Assembly: GCA_963666055.2 (NCBI GenBank)
Contig: CAXWPH010000002.1
Location: 64,001 to 128,000, forward strand
Length of the DNA: 64,000 nucleotides
Source of the DNA: Acidobacteriota bacterium
Lineage (GTDB): Bacteria; Acidobacteriota; UBA890; WLXD01
Direction: 5' to 3'
Shown: positions 10,322 to 21,444 of the stretch, piece after piece
Layout of the letters: each line of letters opens with the position of its first letter
How positions within the stretch are numbered: the stretch's first letter is position 1
Made by a program: the position numbers and the translations under genes
Notes under the pieces: model-generated
Told to the model about the DNA's origin: nothing
Databases searched by the model: none
Seen by the model: the letters and a program-made list of their open reading frames with translations, nothing else

Positions 10322-10360
10322 TAGTAATATAATACTAAGTTATGTTACTACTAATTATAT
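10322..10360. promoter_or_regulatory. AT-rich divergent promoter with nested inverted repeats (candidate PadR operator)
   Basis: TAGTAATATAA (10322-10332) and TTATGTTACTA (10340-10350) are inverted with 1 mismatch; TAGTA-N6-TACTA is nested. A TATAAT hexamer is present. Lies between padR and doxX. Confidence 0.65.
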
Positions 10361-10391
10361 CAGCCTTCACCATCTTCAGAGTTCAAGCGCC

Positions 10392-10757
10392 ATGTCAAAA
10401 CGCTGGTCCACCGTCGCCTCCTGGGCGCTCGCGCTGCTGCTCGGAGCGCTTTTCGTGCTTGCTGGCGCCGGCAAGTTCCTCGATTTCGGGAGAAACGCCC
10501 GAGCCTTCGCGAACTGGGGATATGCCAGTTGGTTCGTGATCGTCATCGGCGGCCTCGAGACACTCGGCGGCGTACTCGTTTTCGTGCCACGGCTGGCGTC
10601 GTATGGCGCCATGGTTATCACGGTGGTGATGATGGGGGCCGCCTACACACACGCGAGCACCGGCATCGGCTCGCCGGTCGGCGCGTTGATCATCATTGGT
10701 TTGGCGGCGATTCTGGCGCGGCTGCGCTGGGCGGATAGGCGCCCCTTCAACGTCTGA
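10392..10757 (+). CDS. DoxX family membrane protein
   Basis: LFVLAGAGKF, F..WGY, IGGLETLGG, GAAYTH; four TM segments. Confidence 0.88.
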   Translation: MSKRWSTVASWALALLLGALFVLAGAGKFLDFGRNARAFANWGYASWFVIVIGGLETLGGVLVFVPRLASYGAMVITVVMMGAAYTHASTGIGSPVGALIIIGLAAILARLRWADRRPFNV

Positions 10758-10894
10758 CCCGGGGTAAGCAGCCAGGCTGCTGCCGCTGCGCCGGCGCCAG
10801 CGGTACCCTGTTCGCGAACCGCTCGGCGCGCCGATGCTCGCGGCGCCCCGATCGGCCTGCCGACGCGTTGTTTTCTATCGAAGACGCCGATGGA

Positions 10895-11626
10895 ATGCCG
10901 ATGACCCAGCAGTTGTTCCAACTCGACGCCTACGTACGCCGGTTCGACGCCGTCGTGCAGAGCATCGATGCAGAGCAATGCGCCGTGGTTCTGAACCGCA
11001 CGGCATTCTACGCCGGGGGCGGCGGGCAGCCGTGTGACCTCGGCTCGCTTCAGTTCGGCAGTCGCGCAGTCGAGGTCGCGAAAGTTCGACGCGTCGGCAC
11101 GGACATCGTGCACACCCTGGGCGGCCCGATGCCACCGGTGGGCGAAATGGTGCACGGCATGATCGATTGGAGTCGCCGGCATGCGCTCATGCGAACCCAC
11201 ACCGCGCTGCATATTCTGTGTGGTGTGGTGTGGCGCGACTACGGCGCCCAGGTCACCGGCGGCAGCATGCATCCGTTGCGCGGACGGCTGGACTTCGAGT
11301 TCGAGGCGCTGAGCGCGGAGCTGGCTTGCGAGATCGAAGAAAAACTCAACGTGGAAGTTGATGCGGCGCGCGATATCAAGGTGGCGATTCTGCCTCGCGC
11401 GGAGGCTTTCCGAATCCCCGATTTGATTCGCACCAAGGTCAATCTGCTGCCCGAGAGCCTTAGGGAGATTCGCACCGTGGAGATCGTCGGGCTCGACTTG
11501 CAGGCCGATGGCGGCACCCACGTGGCCAACACCCGAGAGGTGGGTCGCATCCGGATTACCGGGCACAGGAACAAGGGGCGCATCAACAAGCGTATCGAGA
11601 TCGAGTTAGCATCACGGAGGCCATGA
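10895..11626 (+). CDS. alaX: Alanyl-tRNA editing protein AlaX-M
   Basis: TAFYAGGGGQPCD, MRTHTALHIL and QADGGTHV motifs. Start is 10895 or 10901. Confidence 0.9.
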   Translation: MPMTQQLFQLDAYVRRFDAVVQSIDAEQCAVVLNRTAFYAGGGGQPCDLGSLQFGSRAVEVAKVRRVGTDIVHTLGGPMPPVGEMVHGMIDWSRRHALMRTHTALHILCGVVWRDYGAQVTGGSMHPLRGRLDFEFEALSAELACEIEEKLNVEVDAARDIKVAILPRAEAFRIPDLIRTKVNLLPESLREIRTVEIVGLDLQADGGTHVANTREVGRIRITGHRNKGRINKRIEIELASRRP

Positions 11627-12666
11627 GCAAGATCGTCGAGTTTGACCTACAGATGCAGCAGTCGCGCGAGCTGTCTCTGGAGGAGTTCTTGCGCGATGGC
11701 CCGCGCCACAACCTCGCCTACTGGGCCGACCTCAACGGCTCTTCGGACGAGGAGCTAGCGGCGATTGCCGAGCCCTTCGCGATGCCGGGTCGAGTGCTAC
11801 GCCGATGGCAGAATCCGGATTCGTCGCGGCAGATAATCGAGGACGCCGACTCGATCGCGCTGATGCTCGAGTACTGGAACCCGGGCTACACGACCGGGGC
11901 CATCGATGACCCGGATGCGACGCTGGGGATAAGCGCGCAGGCGATGCCGGCACCATCGCCTGGCGAGGCGCCCGCTTCGCGATCAGCCACCAAGCTGAGC
12001 CTCTTCCTGAGCGAGCGGTTCTTCGTGAGCTACTCGCCCGAGCCGGTTCGGTGTCTCGCTAAAGTGAATCGCGTTTACGAGCGTAACGTGCGCTTCGCGC
12101 AGTCGATCGGATTCCTGTTGTTTCTGGTGTTCGACCAGGTAGTGCAGGACTACGTCGGCATGCTACAGCCGCTGGAGAACGAGTCGGAGGCGATCGATAA
12201 TTGCATCTTCGCGGAATCGACCGAGACGATCAACGAGGACATCCTGCGGCTCAAACGCCGCACGCTCCGCTACAAGCGTGGCGCCAGTGCGGTGCGCGAT
12301 CTGTTGATGCACGTCTCGGCGCGCAAGATTCCGGTGATTACCGAGGCGGGCCGTGGCTCCCTGGCACAGGTGTACCACCATGCGCAGGTGCTGGTGACCT
12401 CCATCGAGGGCCTGCGCGAGATGATCAACAGCTCGCTCGACTCCTATCGCTCGCTGCAGGGGCAGAAGCTCAACGAGACGATGAAGGTCGTGACCCTTTT
12501 CGCGTCGATCATCATGCCGATGACACTGATTGCCGGTATCTACGGCATGAACTTCCACAACATGCCGGAGCTCGCCTGGCCGCTGGGCTATTTCATGGTG
12601 CTCGGCGTCATGGCGCTGACCGGCATCGGCCTGCTGCTGTTCTTTCGCGCCAGGGGATGGTTCTGA
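11623..12666 (+). CDS. corA: CorA family Mg/Co transporter
   Basis: NETMKVVT, GIYGMNF, MPEL and two C-terminal TM helices; ATGA overlap with alaX. Confidence 0.9.
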   Translation: MSKIVEFDLQMQQSRELSLEEFLRDGPRHNLAYWADLNGSSDEELAAIAEPFAMPGRVLRRWQNPDSSRQIIEDADSIALMLEYWNPGYTTGAIDDPDATLGISAQAMPAPSPGEAPASRSATKLSLFLSERFFVSYSPEPVRCLAKVNRVYERNVRFAQSIGFLLFLVFDQVVQDYVGMLQPLENESEAIDNCIFAESTETINEDILRLKRRTLRYKRGASAVRDLLMHVSARKIPVITEAGRGSLAQVYHHAQVLVTSIEGLREMINSSLDSYRSLQGQKLNETMKVVTLFASIIMPMTLIAGIYGMNFHNMPELAWPLGYFMVLGVMALTGIGLLLFFRARGWF

Positions 12667-12707
12667 CGGCGACGCCAACGACCTGGCAACTCGCGGTCAC
12701 CTTCTGA

Positions 12708-14351
12708 CTACTGGCCGAGCAGCGGGGTCGTCCACGGCTGCTGCCGGTGCAGTGTGGCCTGCTCGTACGAATAGGCGAGCTCGATGAGTCGTGCTTCGTT
12801 CCACGCCGTCGACAGGAAGGTGATGCCGGCCGGTAGGCCGGGGCCTCCGTAGGGTCGTGCGTCGGGTGTGTCGGATTGGCGCCGCGTGAAGCCCATGGGC
12901 ACGGTGATGGCGGGGAAGCCGGTGTGTGGTGACAGATCCTGGCTGTTGTCGCCGCCCGGGCTCTGCAGATCGCCAATGAGCCTCGGCGGGTTGCTCCAGG
13001 TCGGGTACACCAGCGCGTCGAGCCCGTCTGCCTCCATCACCCGACGCACGCCGTCGGCGAGCCGCCGCCCATTGGCCCGCGCCGTGTGGCAGGCCTCATC
13101 GTCATCGGGGTTGCGCGGCGCCTTCAGCGACTCCTGCAGGCCGTTTCTCACCGACCCGTGGAATTTCCGCGACTCGATAATCTCGGCCAGCGTGGCATAG
13201 GGTGCAGCCTCGCCGAGCGACGCCAGGTAGGCCTCGAGGTCGTAACGGAATCGGTCACACCAGCGCGCGTCGCGGGGAATCGTGTCGAGCTCGACGATCT
13301 CCACGTCGACCGTCTCGGCTCCGCGGCGGCGCATGTCCTCGAGCGCACGCTCGAACACCTCCTGAATCTCGGCGTCGGTGGTGTCGGTTTCTGACAGCTG
13401 CCTCACAACGCCGAGCCGGGCTCCTGCAAGCGCACCATCGCGTAGGTAGTCAAGGTAGCTGGCGGCCCGCCTCGGCGTTCCGTCGGCGCGATTGTCACGA
13501 CTTCTGGCAGTCACTTCGTCGGCCGGGTCGTAGCCGGCGATAACGTCGAAGACGGCCACTGCGTCGGCTAGACTACGGGCGAGCGGCCCACCGATGTCGT
13601 GGTCGAGATCCAGTGGCACGATGCCGTCGCGGCTAGTCAGGCCCATAGTCGAGCGGATCCCCGTCAGCAGGTTGTGCGACGAGGGCCCGCGAATCGAGTT
13701 GCCGGTATCGGTTCCGAGTCCCACCACCCCCAGGCTCGCCGCCACGGCGGCTGCCGTGCCGCCGCTGCTGCCGGCGGGGACACGGTTCAGCGCATAGGGG
13801 TTACGGGTATAGCCGGGAATGATGCTGCCTACGGTCTGGTATGGCGAGAACGCCCACTCGGCCATGTGGGACTTGGCCAGAACGATCGCGCCGGCCTGGC
13901 GAATCCGTTGCACCTGGAAGGCGTCGTCCGGCGGCACAGAGCCCGCAAGCGCCGCCGACCCGGCGCTTGTTTGCATGTCGGCGGTATCGTAGTTGTCCTT
14001 GACGATCATCGGAATACCGTGAAGCGGCCCGACGAGCCCTCCGGAGGCGAGTGCCGCGTCGAGCTCGTCGGCACGTTCCAGGGCCCTGTGGTTCAACGTC
14101 ACGATGGCGTTGAGCGCCGGTCCCTGCTTGTCGTAGGCGTGGATCCGCGCCAGATAGGCTTCGACCAGTTGCCGTGAGGTCAGCTCGCCGGCCTGCATGG
14201 CTGCGTGGATTTGCACGATCGTCGCCTCCACCACCTGCCACGACCCGGCGCTGCGGTCCTCATCGGCTGGTGTGCATGCCGCGACGGCGCCCAGGGCGCT
14301 GCACAACAGGGTGATGATCGTGATCAGATGTACCCGGTGACGTATGCGCAT
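12708..14351 (-). CDS. Amidase signature family protein (exported)
   Basis: [22 protein letters not shown] and [11 protein letters not shown] motifs. Start chosen at ATG 14351 behind GGAGGG. Confidence 0.92.
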   Translation of the reverse strand: MRIRHRVHLITIITLLCSALGAVAACTPADEDRSAGSWQVVEATIVQIHAAMQAGELTSRQLVEAYLARIHAYDKQGPALNAIVTLNHRALERADELDAALASGGLVGPLHGIPMIVKDNYDTADMQTSAGSAALAGSVPPDDAFQVQRIRQAGAIVLAKSHMAEWAFSPYQTVGSIIPGYTRNPYALNRVPAGSSGGTAAAVAASLGVVGLGTDTGNSIRGPSSHNLLTGIRSTMGLTSRDGIVPLDLDHDIGGPLARSLADAVAVFDVIAGYDPADEVTARSRDNRADGTPRRAASYLDYLRDGALAGARLGVVRQLSETDTTDAEIQEVFERALEDMRRRGAETVDVEIVELDTIPRDARWCDRFRYDLEAYLASLGEAAPYATLAEIIESRKFHGSVRNGLQESLKAPRNPDDDEACHTARANGRRLADGVRRVMEADGLDALVYPTWSNPPRLIGDLQSPGGDNSQDLSPHTGFPAITVPMGFTRRQSDTPDARPYGGPGLPAGITFLSTAWNEARLIELAYSYEQATLHRQQPWTTPLLGQ

Positions 14352-14448
14352 TCCTAATCCCTCCGTTCGGTTTAGCGTACGGCCGGAGTGCGAGAGAATC
14401 GAGCCGCCAGATACCCTGCCACGGATAACTCGACCGGGATCGTTGACC

Positions 14449-16173
14449 ATGAACCGAGACGCGGATGCGACCGGAAGCAGAGCTCGTCAGCTCGGGGGCG
14501 CGTTCCTGACGCTGCCCGCCCTGGTGGCGCTATGCGCATGTGCCGAGCCCGGCGCACACTTCGACGTTCTGATCCGCGGCGGGGCGGTGTTCGACGGCAC
14601 CGGCGGCGTGTCGCAACGGGCGGACATCGGAATCCGGGGCGAGCTGGTGGCAGCCATCGGAGACCTGTCGGGCGCCTCCGGCGACTCGGAGATCGACGCC
14701 ACCGGGCTGGCCGTGGCGCCCGGGTTCATCGATATGCACTCGCACTCCGATCGGACGCTGCTGGTGGATGGACGCGCGCTGTCGAAGGTGAAGCAGGGGG
14801 TCACAACCGAGCTCCTGGGCGAATCCGGCTCCCCCGCCCCCGTATTTCACCGGGCTGCCACCGCAGTGCTGGGCACGTCGGGCGAAACTGCACCAGCCGA
14901 TGGATCTACGGGCGAAACATGGACGACGTTCGCTGAGTACTTCACCCTGCTCGAACAGCGGGGCATTAGCGTCAACGTTTTGTCGACGGTGGGCTCGGGA
15001 GCGCTACGGGCCGGGGTGATCGGGCTCGACGATGTGCCGGCCACGTCCGAGCAACTCGAGGAGATGAAGGGGCACGTCGAGCAGGCCATGCTCGACGGCG
15101 CCTTCGGGCTGTCGAGCGGGCTGATTTACATCCCGAACCGATACGCATCGACGGAAGAGCTGATCGAGCTCGCCAAGGTCGCCGCGGCGCACGGGGGCTT
15201 CTACACGAGCCACCTGCGCGACGAGGCCGATGCGCTGGTGGCCGGCGTCGAGGAAGCGGTGCGCATCGGACGCGAGGCCGGTCTGCCGGTGCACATTCTG
15301 CACTTCAAGTACTCGGGTACCCGCAGCAAGCTGCACCACGAGCGCTCACCGTTTCCAGCCGCCGTGCAGGTCGTGGAGGCGGCGCGCGCTGACGGACTGG
15401 AGGTCTACGCCGACGTCTATCCGTACGTCGCGAGCTCCTCGACGCTCAACCTCCGGATTCCCGATTGGGCTCGCGAGGGCGGGCCCGCGGCGCTCACGGC
15501 GCGCCTTCGCGACCCGACCCTTCGGGCCCGCATCCGTCAGGAGGTCGCCGACCACCTGGCGAAGGGAATTCCGGCGGGGACGCCCGAGACCGTGCTGCTT
15601 TCCCGCACCCCCTACGAAGGGCACCGCTCCTATCAGGGGATGACGATCGCCGAGATCGCCGAGCAGATGAGCGCCGATCCCGTTGACACGATTCTGGAGC
15701 TAGTGGAGCGATCGGGGGCCAGAGCCGGCGCAATCTTCTTCGGCATTCGAGAGGAAGATCTGGAGCATGCACTGACCTTGCCGTGGACCAGCATCGGCAG
15801 CGACGGATCGGCGCTGTCGCCGGTCGGCGAGCTGGCGCAATCCCACCCGCACCCCCGCTCCTACGGCACCTTCCCACGGGTGCTGGCGCGCTACGTGCGC
15901 GAGCGCGGCGTGCTGACCCTGAGCGAAGCGATCCACAAGATGACCGGATTGCCGGCCGCTCAGCTGGGGCTGGCGGACCGCGGCACGCTGGTGGTCGGTA
16001 GCAAGGCCGACATCGTGGTGTTCGATCCGCAGACGATCCGCGATCTGGCCACATTCGAGGCGCCGCACCAGCTGGCCGAGGGCGTTGCCCACTTGCTGGT
16101 AAACGGCGAGATCGTGCTCGAGAACGGAGAGCACACGGGGATGTTGCCGGGGCAGGTGATTCGACGGAGGTAG
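14449..16173 (+). CDS. N-acyl-D-amino-acid deacylase (D-aminoacylase)
   Basis: [29 protein letters not shown] and IHKMTGLPA motifs. Confidence 0.92.
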   Translation: MNRDADATGSRARQLGGAFLTLPALVALCACAEPGAHFDVLIRGGAVFDGTGGVSQRADIGIRGELVAAIGDLSGASGDSEIDATGLAVAPGFIDMHSHSDRTLLVDGRALSKVKQGVTTELLGESGSPAPVFHRAATAVLGTSGETAPADGSTGETWTTFAEYFTLLEQRGISVNVLSTVGSGALRAGVIGLDDVPATSEQLEEMKGHVEQAMLDGAFGLSSGLIYIPNRYASTEELIELAKVAAAHGGFYTSHLRDEADALVAGVEEAVRIGREAGLPVHILHFKYSGTRSKLHHERSPFPAAVQVVEAARADGLEVYADVYPYVASSSTLNLRIPDWAREGGPAALTARLRDPTLRARIRQEVADHLAKGIPAGTPETVLLSRTPYEGHRSYQGMTIAEIAEQMSADPVDTILELVERSGARAGAIFFGIREEDLEHALTLPWTSIGSDGSALSPVGELAQSHPHPRSYGTFPRVLARYVRERGVLTLSEAIHKMTGLPAAQLGLADRGTLVVGSKADIVVFDPQTIRDLATFEAPHQLAEGVAHLLVNGEIVLENGEHTGMLPGQVIRRR

Positions 16174-16317
16174 GTTCCGGCGGCCGCTCGGGGTGGGGAC
16201 GACACGATTACGCCGGCGCCGCAGCAACGCCGCGGGCCTGGCGAGTTTCCGGGTGGCGCTGTCGAACCCCAGTTAGGGCAGGTACAGTGCGATGAGCCCG
16301 CTCTCCTCCCCGACGTC

Positions 16318-17928
16318 ATGAGGCCCATGCGCAGACCCACCGCCGTTGTTGCCACGCTGCTGATCGTCCTCCTCCTGTCGCCCGTTCTGGGTAACGCTTC
16401 TGCAGCTGCCGACGACGCTATGCTGGCGCGGATCCTGGCCGAGGGAATGGACCGATCGGAGATCATGCGTACGCTGCATTTCCTCACCGATCGGTACGGT
16501 CCGCGGCTGACGGGGTCGCCGAATCTACGTCTCGCCGGCGAGTGGGCCGTACGGCAGATGGTTTCGTGGGGACTGACCAACGGTCATCTAGAGCCGTTCG
16601 ATTTCGGCCGGCCCGGATGGGCCACCGAGCGGCACTCGGTCTACCTGGTCTCGCCGGTCCAGGACACCCTCGTGGCCGAGGTGCTGGCGTGGACGCCGAG
16701 CACCAAAGGTACCGTGCGGACCAGGGTAGTTCACATGGAGCCGGCCGCCGCGGAACAGCCGACCGCCGAGAAGCTCGATGAGCATCTGGCCGGGTACGCT
16801 CAGCAGGTTCGCGGGCGCATCGTGCTGGTTGGGGCTCCGGCGGCCCTCGGGGTGGAGTTCGATCCGGCGCTCAAGCGGCGTGCCGACGACGAGGTCCAGC
16901 GCAGGGTGGACCCCACCATCCCGCCCGAGGAGCGGCGGGGCTCGCCGCGTCGCGAGCCGCCTGAGCGGCCTGAAGGCGCCTTGTCGGCACGTGAGATCAG
17001 CGCCCGGATTGACGAGTTTCTGGTCGCCAACGGCGCCGCCGTGCGTATCAACGATGCGGGTCGCCGGCACGGCCAGATTCGCGCCTTCAGCAACCGCACC
17101 TACGACGCCGACAAGGCGGTGCCGACGCTGGTGATGCGCAACGAGGACTACGGTCGCATCGCGCGCCTGGTCGCCGACGGAGACGAAGTGCAGCTCGAGG
17201 TGCAGATCATCAACCGCTGGTATCCCGAGGGTGCGACATCGTACAACGCGGTCGCCGAGATCCGTGGAATGGAGATGCCCGACCAAGTGGTGATGCTCGG
17301 CGGACACCTCGATTCGTGGCATGCGGCTACCGGCGCGACGGACAATGCCACCGGCTGTTCCATCATGCTGGAAGCGGCGCGGATTCTGGCGGCCCTCGAC
17401 GTCGAGCCACGGCGTACGATCCGGGTAGCGCTATGGGGAGGGGAGGAGCAGGGTCTTCTCGGCTCGCAGGCGTACGTCGCCGAGCACTTCGGCTCCTTCG
17501 AGGAGCCCAAGCCCGGCTACGACAAGTTCGGCGGCTACTTGAACATCGATTCTGGCACGGGGCGGCCACGCGGCGCCTCGGTGTTCGGCCCACCGGAGAC
17601 CGGCGACATTCTGCGTGCGATCCTGGCGCCGCTCGCGGAGCTGGGAGTGGCGGGTGGGATCGATACCGCCAGCCGCCGGCGCGGCGGCACCGACTCCACG
17701 TCGTTCAATGCTGCTGGGCTGCCCGGCATAGGTTTTTTCCAGGATCCGATCGAGTACGGTAGCCACACGTGGCACACCAACCTCGATACCTACGAGCGAG
17801 TCGTCGAAGACGACGTCAAGGCGGCGGCCGTTGTGATCGCCTCGACGGTCTACGAGCTGGCCATGCGCGACGAGCTACTGCCGCGCTTCAGCGCGGAGGA
17901 GATGCCAGCGCCGGCGCTACCGCGTTAG
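16318..17928 (+). CDS. M28 family exported aminopeptidase (carboxypeptidase Q-like)
   Basis: [36 protein letters not shown] and WHTNLDTY motifs. Confidence 0.9.
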   Translation: MRPMRRPTAVVATLLIVLLLSPVLGNASAAADDAMLARILAEGMDRSEIMRTLHFLTDRYGPRLTGSPNLRLAGEWAVRQMVSWGLTNGHLEPFDFGRPGWATERHSVYLVSPVQDTLVAEVLAWTPSTKGTVRTRVVHMEPAAAEQPTAEKLDEHLAGYAQQVRGRIVLVGAPAALGVEFDPALKRRADDEVQRRVDPTIPPEERRGSPRREPPERPEGALSAREISARIDEFLVANGAAVRINDAGRRHGQIRAFSNRTYDADKAVPTLVMRNEDYGRIARLVADGDEVQLEVQIINRWYPEGATSYNAVAEIRGMEMPDQVVMLGGHLDSWHAATGATDNATGCSIMLEAARILAALDVEPRRTIRVALWGGEEQGLLGSQAYVAEHFGSFEEPKPGYDKFGGYLNIDSGTGRPRGASVFGPPETGDILRAILAPLAELGVAGGIDTASRRRGGTDSTSFNAAGLPGIGFFQDPIEYGSHTWHTNLDTYERVVEDDVKAAAVVIASTVYELAMRDELLPRFSAEEMPAPALPR

Positions 17929-18010
17929 GGCGGATCGGCTGCTTCGGCCCCCTCGAGCAATCGGCGACTGGCCATGGCGCGGCGACCCGCACGCGCCATG
18001 GCCCACCGAC

Positions 18011-20131
18011 TCAGTGGAATTGGCGCGGGATGGTCTCGTCCCAGGTCTTTTCTCGCAGCAGCTCGCCGTTCTCGAAGAGCCTGCGCGTGTAGACGTAGTA
18101 GAAGTTCTCGAGGTCGGTGTGGAAATCGAGGACCGCCTCGAAGAGTAGCTCGCGATCGTCGACGAGGATCGTCCTCGAGTACTCGGTGCGCACCGAGGTG
18201 TCGGCCGGGTCGTGCTTGTTGGTCGAGTGGGTGATCTTCTGCGACGTATGGGCCTGCGCCCAGGGATACTGAGTGCCGCCGCTGTTGGTCGCCACCAGAG
18301 TCGCCTTTCCGGTCTCCTCGTCGTAGACGAGGCCCTCGACCTCCGCGTACCCGGATGTCGTCGGCTCGCCCTCGGCGGCGGCTAGGCGGCCGTAGCCTGG
18401 CAGCCGCGGTCCGGGCGCTGCCGGAGGCAGGAACTCAGGCGCCGGGCGATCCTCGTACGGGATCACCGGCAGAACCATGTGTGTAGCGCTCTCGCCGCCG
18501 AGACGAAGTGAAGTGGTCATCGCGTACGGCGTCGGCCAGAACATCGGCCACTGGGAGTTGGTAACGGCGACGCGAATCCGGTGCCCGGGCTGGAAGACCC
18601 ACGAGGTGAAGTGGAGCTCGATCTCGAACGCGTACTCGCGACCGGGCTCGAGCGCCTCAGGCGTCTGCGAGGAGTTTCGATGCGCGCCGTTGAACCCGGC
18701 GCCGGCGACCTGGGTCACCGAGCCGTCCGGAGCGATGTCCGACAGCCGCACCACCCAACTCGCCAGCGGCGCATCGGCAGAGGCGTTCAGGAAGGCCTGT
18801 GGAAATCCGAGGATCTCGACTTCCTCCTCGAGCGGCGCGCTGTCGTAGACCAGGCTGGCGTCGTCCATCGGTTGCTGGTCGGGCGTCAGGTCACCCCACC
18901 ACATCACCGGCCCGCCGCCCTCCATACCGACCGTCGGGTCGTATTCGAGGGAGTGCGTGCCGGGGCGCGAGGCGCCCTCGCCGAGCGAGTTGTCGGCGCC
19001 AAGGAACATGTCGCGGTACTCGGTGCGCTCGAGCGGGAAGCCCTCCTCGAAGCGCCACTGTCCGGGGATCTCCTCCAACGACACGTCTGGTGGATACCAG
19101 TGGCGTACATAGACCGCGAACGCCGGCTCGTCCATGATCCCGGTGTCCTCGCCCTTGAGCCACTGGTCGTACCAGCGCACCGCCTCGTGGCGCCACTCCA
19201 TCTGCGGTTTCGGATAGCCATTGTGGGGCAGCGAGTGGGCCCAGGGTCCCACCATCGCCTTCACCGGCGCGTCCATATGCTCGAGCATACGCGGCACGCT
19301 GTCGCGATAGCCGTCGTACCAGCCGCCGATGACGAACGTGGGGATCTTGATCGAGTCATAGCGTGTGTTGAGTGAGGCGCGGTCCCAGAACGGCCCGTCC
19401 AGCTGCTGCGACTTGTAGATCAGCGTCCACGGCTTGGTGTCGAAGCGGTTCTCGAAATACGCATCGTCGATGATGTAGTCGGGCCCTGCCGGCACGGTGT
19501 TGGCCAGGTCCTGGCCGGCCTCGTAGGCGTCGATGTGGGCGATGCCGTCCATGTAGTGGACGTCGTCCTCGTACAGATCGTCGGTAGCCTCGATAGCGAT
19601 GATCGCCTTGAGCGCCGGCGGGTTGCGCATCGCCATGTGGATGGAGTTGAACCCGCCCCAGGAGATCCCGAACATGCCGACGTTGCCGTCCGAGAACGGC
19701 TGCCTCGACAGCCAGTCGATGACGACCTCGCCGTCTTCCTGCTCCTGATCGGTGTACTCGTACTCGATCAGCTTGCCCTCGCTGTTGCCGCTGCCGCGGA
19801 TGTCGACCCGGGCGACGACGTAGCCGTGCTCCAGGAAGTAGGAGTACATCGAGTAGTTGCGCGATCGCGATTCGTTCTTTCGGTAGGGGAGGTATTCCAG
19901 CAGCACCGGGTATGTTGCTGTGGCGTCGGTGCCCTCGGGAACCCAGAGGTCGGCGGCTAGCCGTACGCCGTCAGGCATTGGGATCCACGCCTCGCGAAAC
20001 TCGATCCCATCGTCGGCCAGCGAGCCGTCGAGGTCGGAGCTGCCGGACGAGCTTGGCGCACAAGCTGTCGAGACAACGACTACGGAGGCGAGCAGGAGCG
20101 GAATGCCTCGGCCGATGACAGGTACTCTCAC
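18011..20131 (-). CDS. CocE/NonD family serine hydrolase
   Basis: MPDGVRLAAD, EYLPYRK, GISWGG, GGWYDGY and GPWAH motifs. Confidence 0.92.
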   Translation of the reverse strand: MRVPVIGRGIPLLLASVVVVSTACAPSSSGSSDLDGSLADDGIEFREAWIPMPDGVRLAADLWVPEGTDATATYPVLLEYLPYRKNESRSRNYSMYSYFLEHGYVVARVDIRGSGNSEGKLIEYEYTDQEQEDGEVVIDWLSRQPFSDGNVGMFGISWGGFNSIHMAMRNPPALKAIIAIEATDDLYEDDVHYMDGIAHIDAYEAGQDLANTVPAGPDYIIDDAYFENRFDTKPWTLIYKSQQLDGPFWDRASLNTRYDSIKIPTFVIGGWYDGYRDSVPRMLEHMDAPVKAMVGPWAHSLPHNGYPKPQMEWRHEAVRWYDQWLKGEDTGIMDEPAFAVYVRHWYPPDVSLEEIPGQWRFEEGFPLERTEYRDMFLGADNSLGEGASRPGTHSLEYDPTVGMEGGGPVMWWGDLTPDQQPMDDASLVYDSAPLEEEVEILGFPQAFLNASADAPLASWVVRLSDIAPDGSVTQVAGAGFNGAHRNSSQTPEALEPGREYAFEIELHFTSWVFQPGHRIRVAVTNSQWPMFWPTPYAMTTSLRLGGESATHMVLPVIPYEDRPAPEFLPPAAPGPRLPGYGRLAAAEGEPTTSGYAEVEGLVYDEETGKATLVATNSGGTQYPWAQAHTSQKITHSTNKHDPADTSVRTEYSRTILVDDRELLFEAVLDFHTDLENFYYVYTRRLFENGELLREKTWDETIPRQFH

Positions 20132-21444
20132 TGTTGATCTCCCCTGGGACGTGGCCTTCCGCTGTAGCGTTCGTACAGCCGGTCGTGCTTGTTGTCTCTG
20201 GGATCGACGGGCAGACCGGCGATCACGAGGTGTTCGATCTGGGTGGTGGTCTCGAGCGGGTCGCCATCGCTGATGAACAGGTTGGCGAGCTTGCCGACCT
20301 CGATGGTCCCCAGCCGGTCGTCGACGCCGAGGATCTCGGCCGGGCTGATGGTGATCGCACGTAGCGCATCGTGATGCGAGAGCCCGAACGGAACCGCCTG
20401 GGCGGCCTCGTACGGGAGCGTTCGCGCAGCCGACGCGTTGAACGTCGAGATAGCGAACCTCACCCCCGCCGAGTGCAATTTCGCCGGCGCGGTGAAGGGT
20501 GCGTCATAGGGGTCGTCGTCGTTCGTCGGCAGCGCTTGCGTCGGACCGAGAATCACCGCCACATTTTTTTCCGCAAGCATCTCTGCAACCTTCCAGGCTG
20601 CGCTCCCACCGGCGATGATGATCCGCACATTGTTGCGCTCGGCGAAATCAACCGCGTCGCCGATGCCGCGTTCGGTATCGACGTTGATCAGCATCGGCAT
20701 GTCGCCGCCGGTTACCCAGGCGAGCGCCTCGAGTTTCAGGCTGCGTCGCGTCGGGTCGTCGCCGACGTCGGCCTCGGCGTAGCGGCGCGCGTCGGCGAGC
20801 AGTGCCTCGAGATCGGCGATTGACTCGTCGTACAGCTCCTTCGCCTCCTGGTAGGTGCGGTTGATGCGTGTGCGGGTGGCGCGGTCGAAGCCACGTGTCT
20901 GGACGGTTGGCCATTGCACCGCCATGTACACGCCGCCCTCGATCAGCATCTCTTCAATCGTCCAGCCGTCCAGATGAATCAACGAGCCCTGCCCGGCGAT
21001 GCCCGGGCCTTGGGGAGCAGCGACGGCATGGGTGAGGCCATTCGAGCGGCTCACCGGCAGAATCTCGCTGGCGGGATGCACCGCCGTCGCTCCCCGTAGT
21101 TGCGGGTTGTTCTCGCCCAACTCGCGAAAGTCCGATGTAACCGCCACCGCGCCGATCTCCGTAAGCCCCAAGCGCGTTACCGCGTCGAAGAAGCCGGGAA
21201 ACACCTGCAGGCCGCTGGCGTCGATTACCGTAGCGCCCGAGGGGATGATGGTGTCGGGACCGCCGACCGCGGTGATATGGCCATTACGAATCACTACTGT
21301 GCCGTTGTCGATGGCGCTCTCGTCCACCATCGTGTGGACGCGGCCGCCACGGATCACCAGGGCTTCTTGCTGTGCGGATGCCGCCGTGCCCACGAACACG
21401 AGGACGGCCGCGGCCAAAGCGGACCTCATTGCTCCCATCTTCAT
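20128..21444 (-). CDS. Amidohydrolase family protein (metal ligands apparently degenerate)
   Basis: Amidohydrolase fold motifs (VIDASG..VFPGFFD, LGTIEVGKLAN). DAVTR replaces the HxH motif. Confidence 0.85.
   Translation of the reverse strand: MKMGAMRSALAAAVLVFVGTAASAQQEALVIRGGRVHTMVDESAIDNGTVVIRNGHITAVGGPDTIIPSGATVIDASGLQVFPGFFDAVTRLGLTEIGAVAVTSDFRELGENNPQLRGATAVHPASEILPVSRSNGLTHAVAAPQGPGIAGQGSLIHLDGWTIEEMLIEGGVYMAVQWPTVQTRGFDRATRTRINRTYQEAKELYDESIADLEALLADARRYAEADVGDDPTRRSLKLEALAWVTGGDMPMLINVDTERGIGDAVDFAERNNVRIIIAGGSAAWKVAEMLAEKNVAVILGPTQALPTNDDDPYDAPFTAPAKLHSAGVRFAISTFNASAARTLPYEAAQAVPFGLSHHDALRAITISPAEILGVDDRLGTIEVGKLANLFISDGDPLETTTQIEHLVIAGLPVDPRDNKHDRLYERYSGRPRPRGDQQ

Noticed and set aside
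16174-16317. Possible degenerate copy of the MITE core (GACGAC...GCAACGCCGC)
   Set aside because: The match is too short for GC-rich DNA, with no closing stem or TIR.
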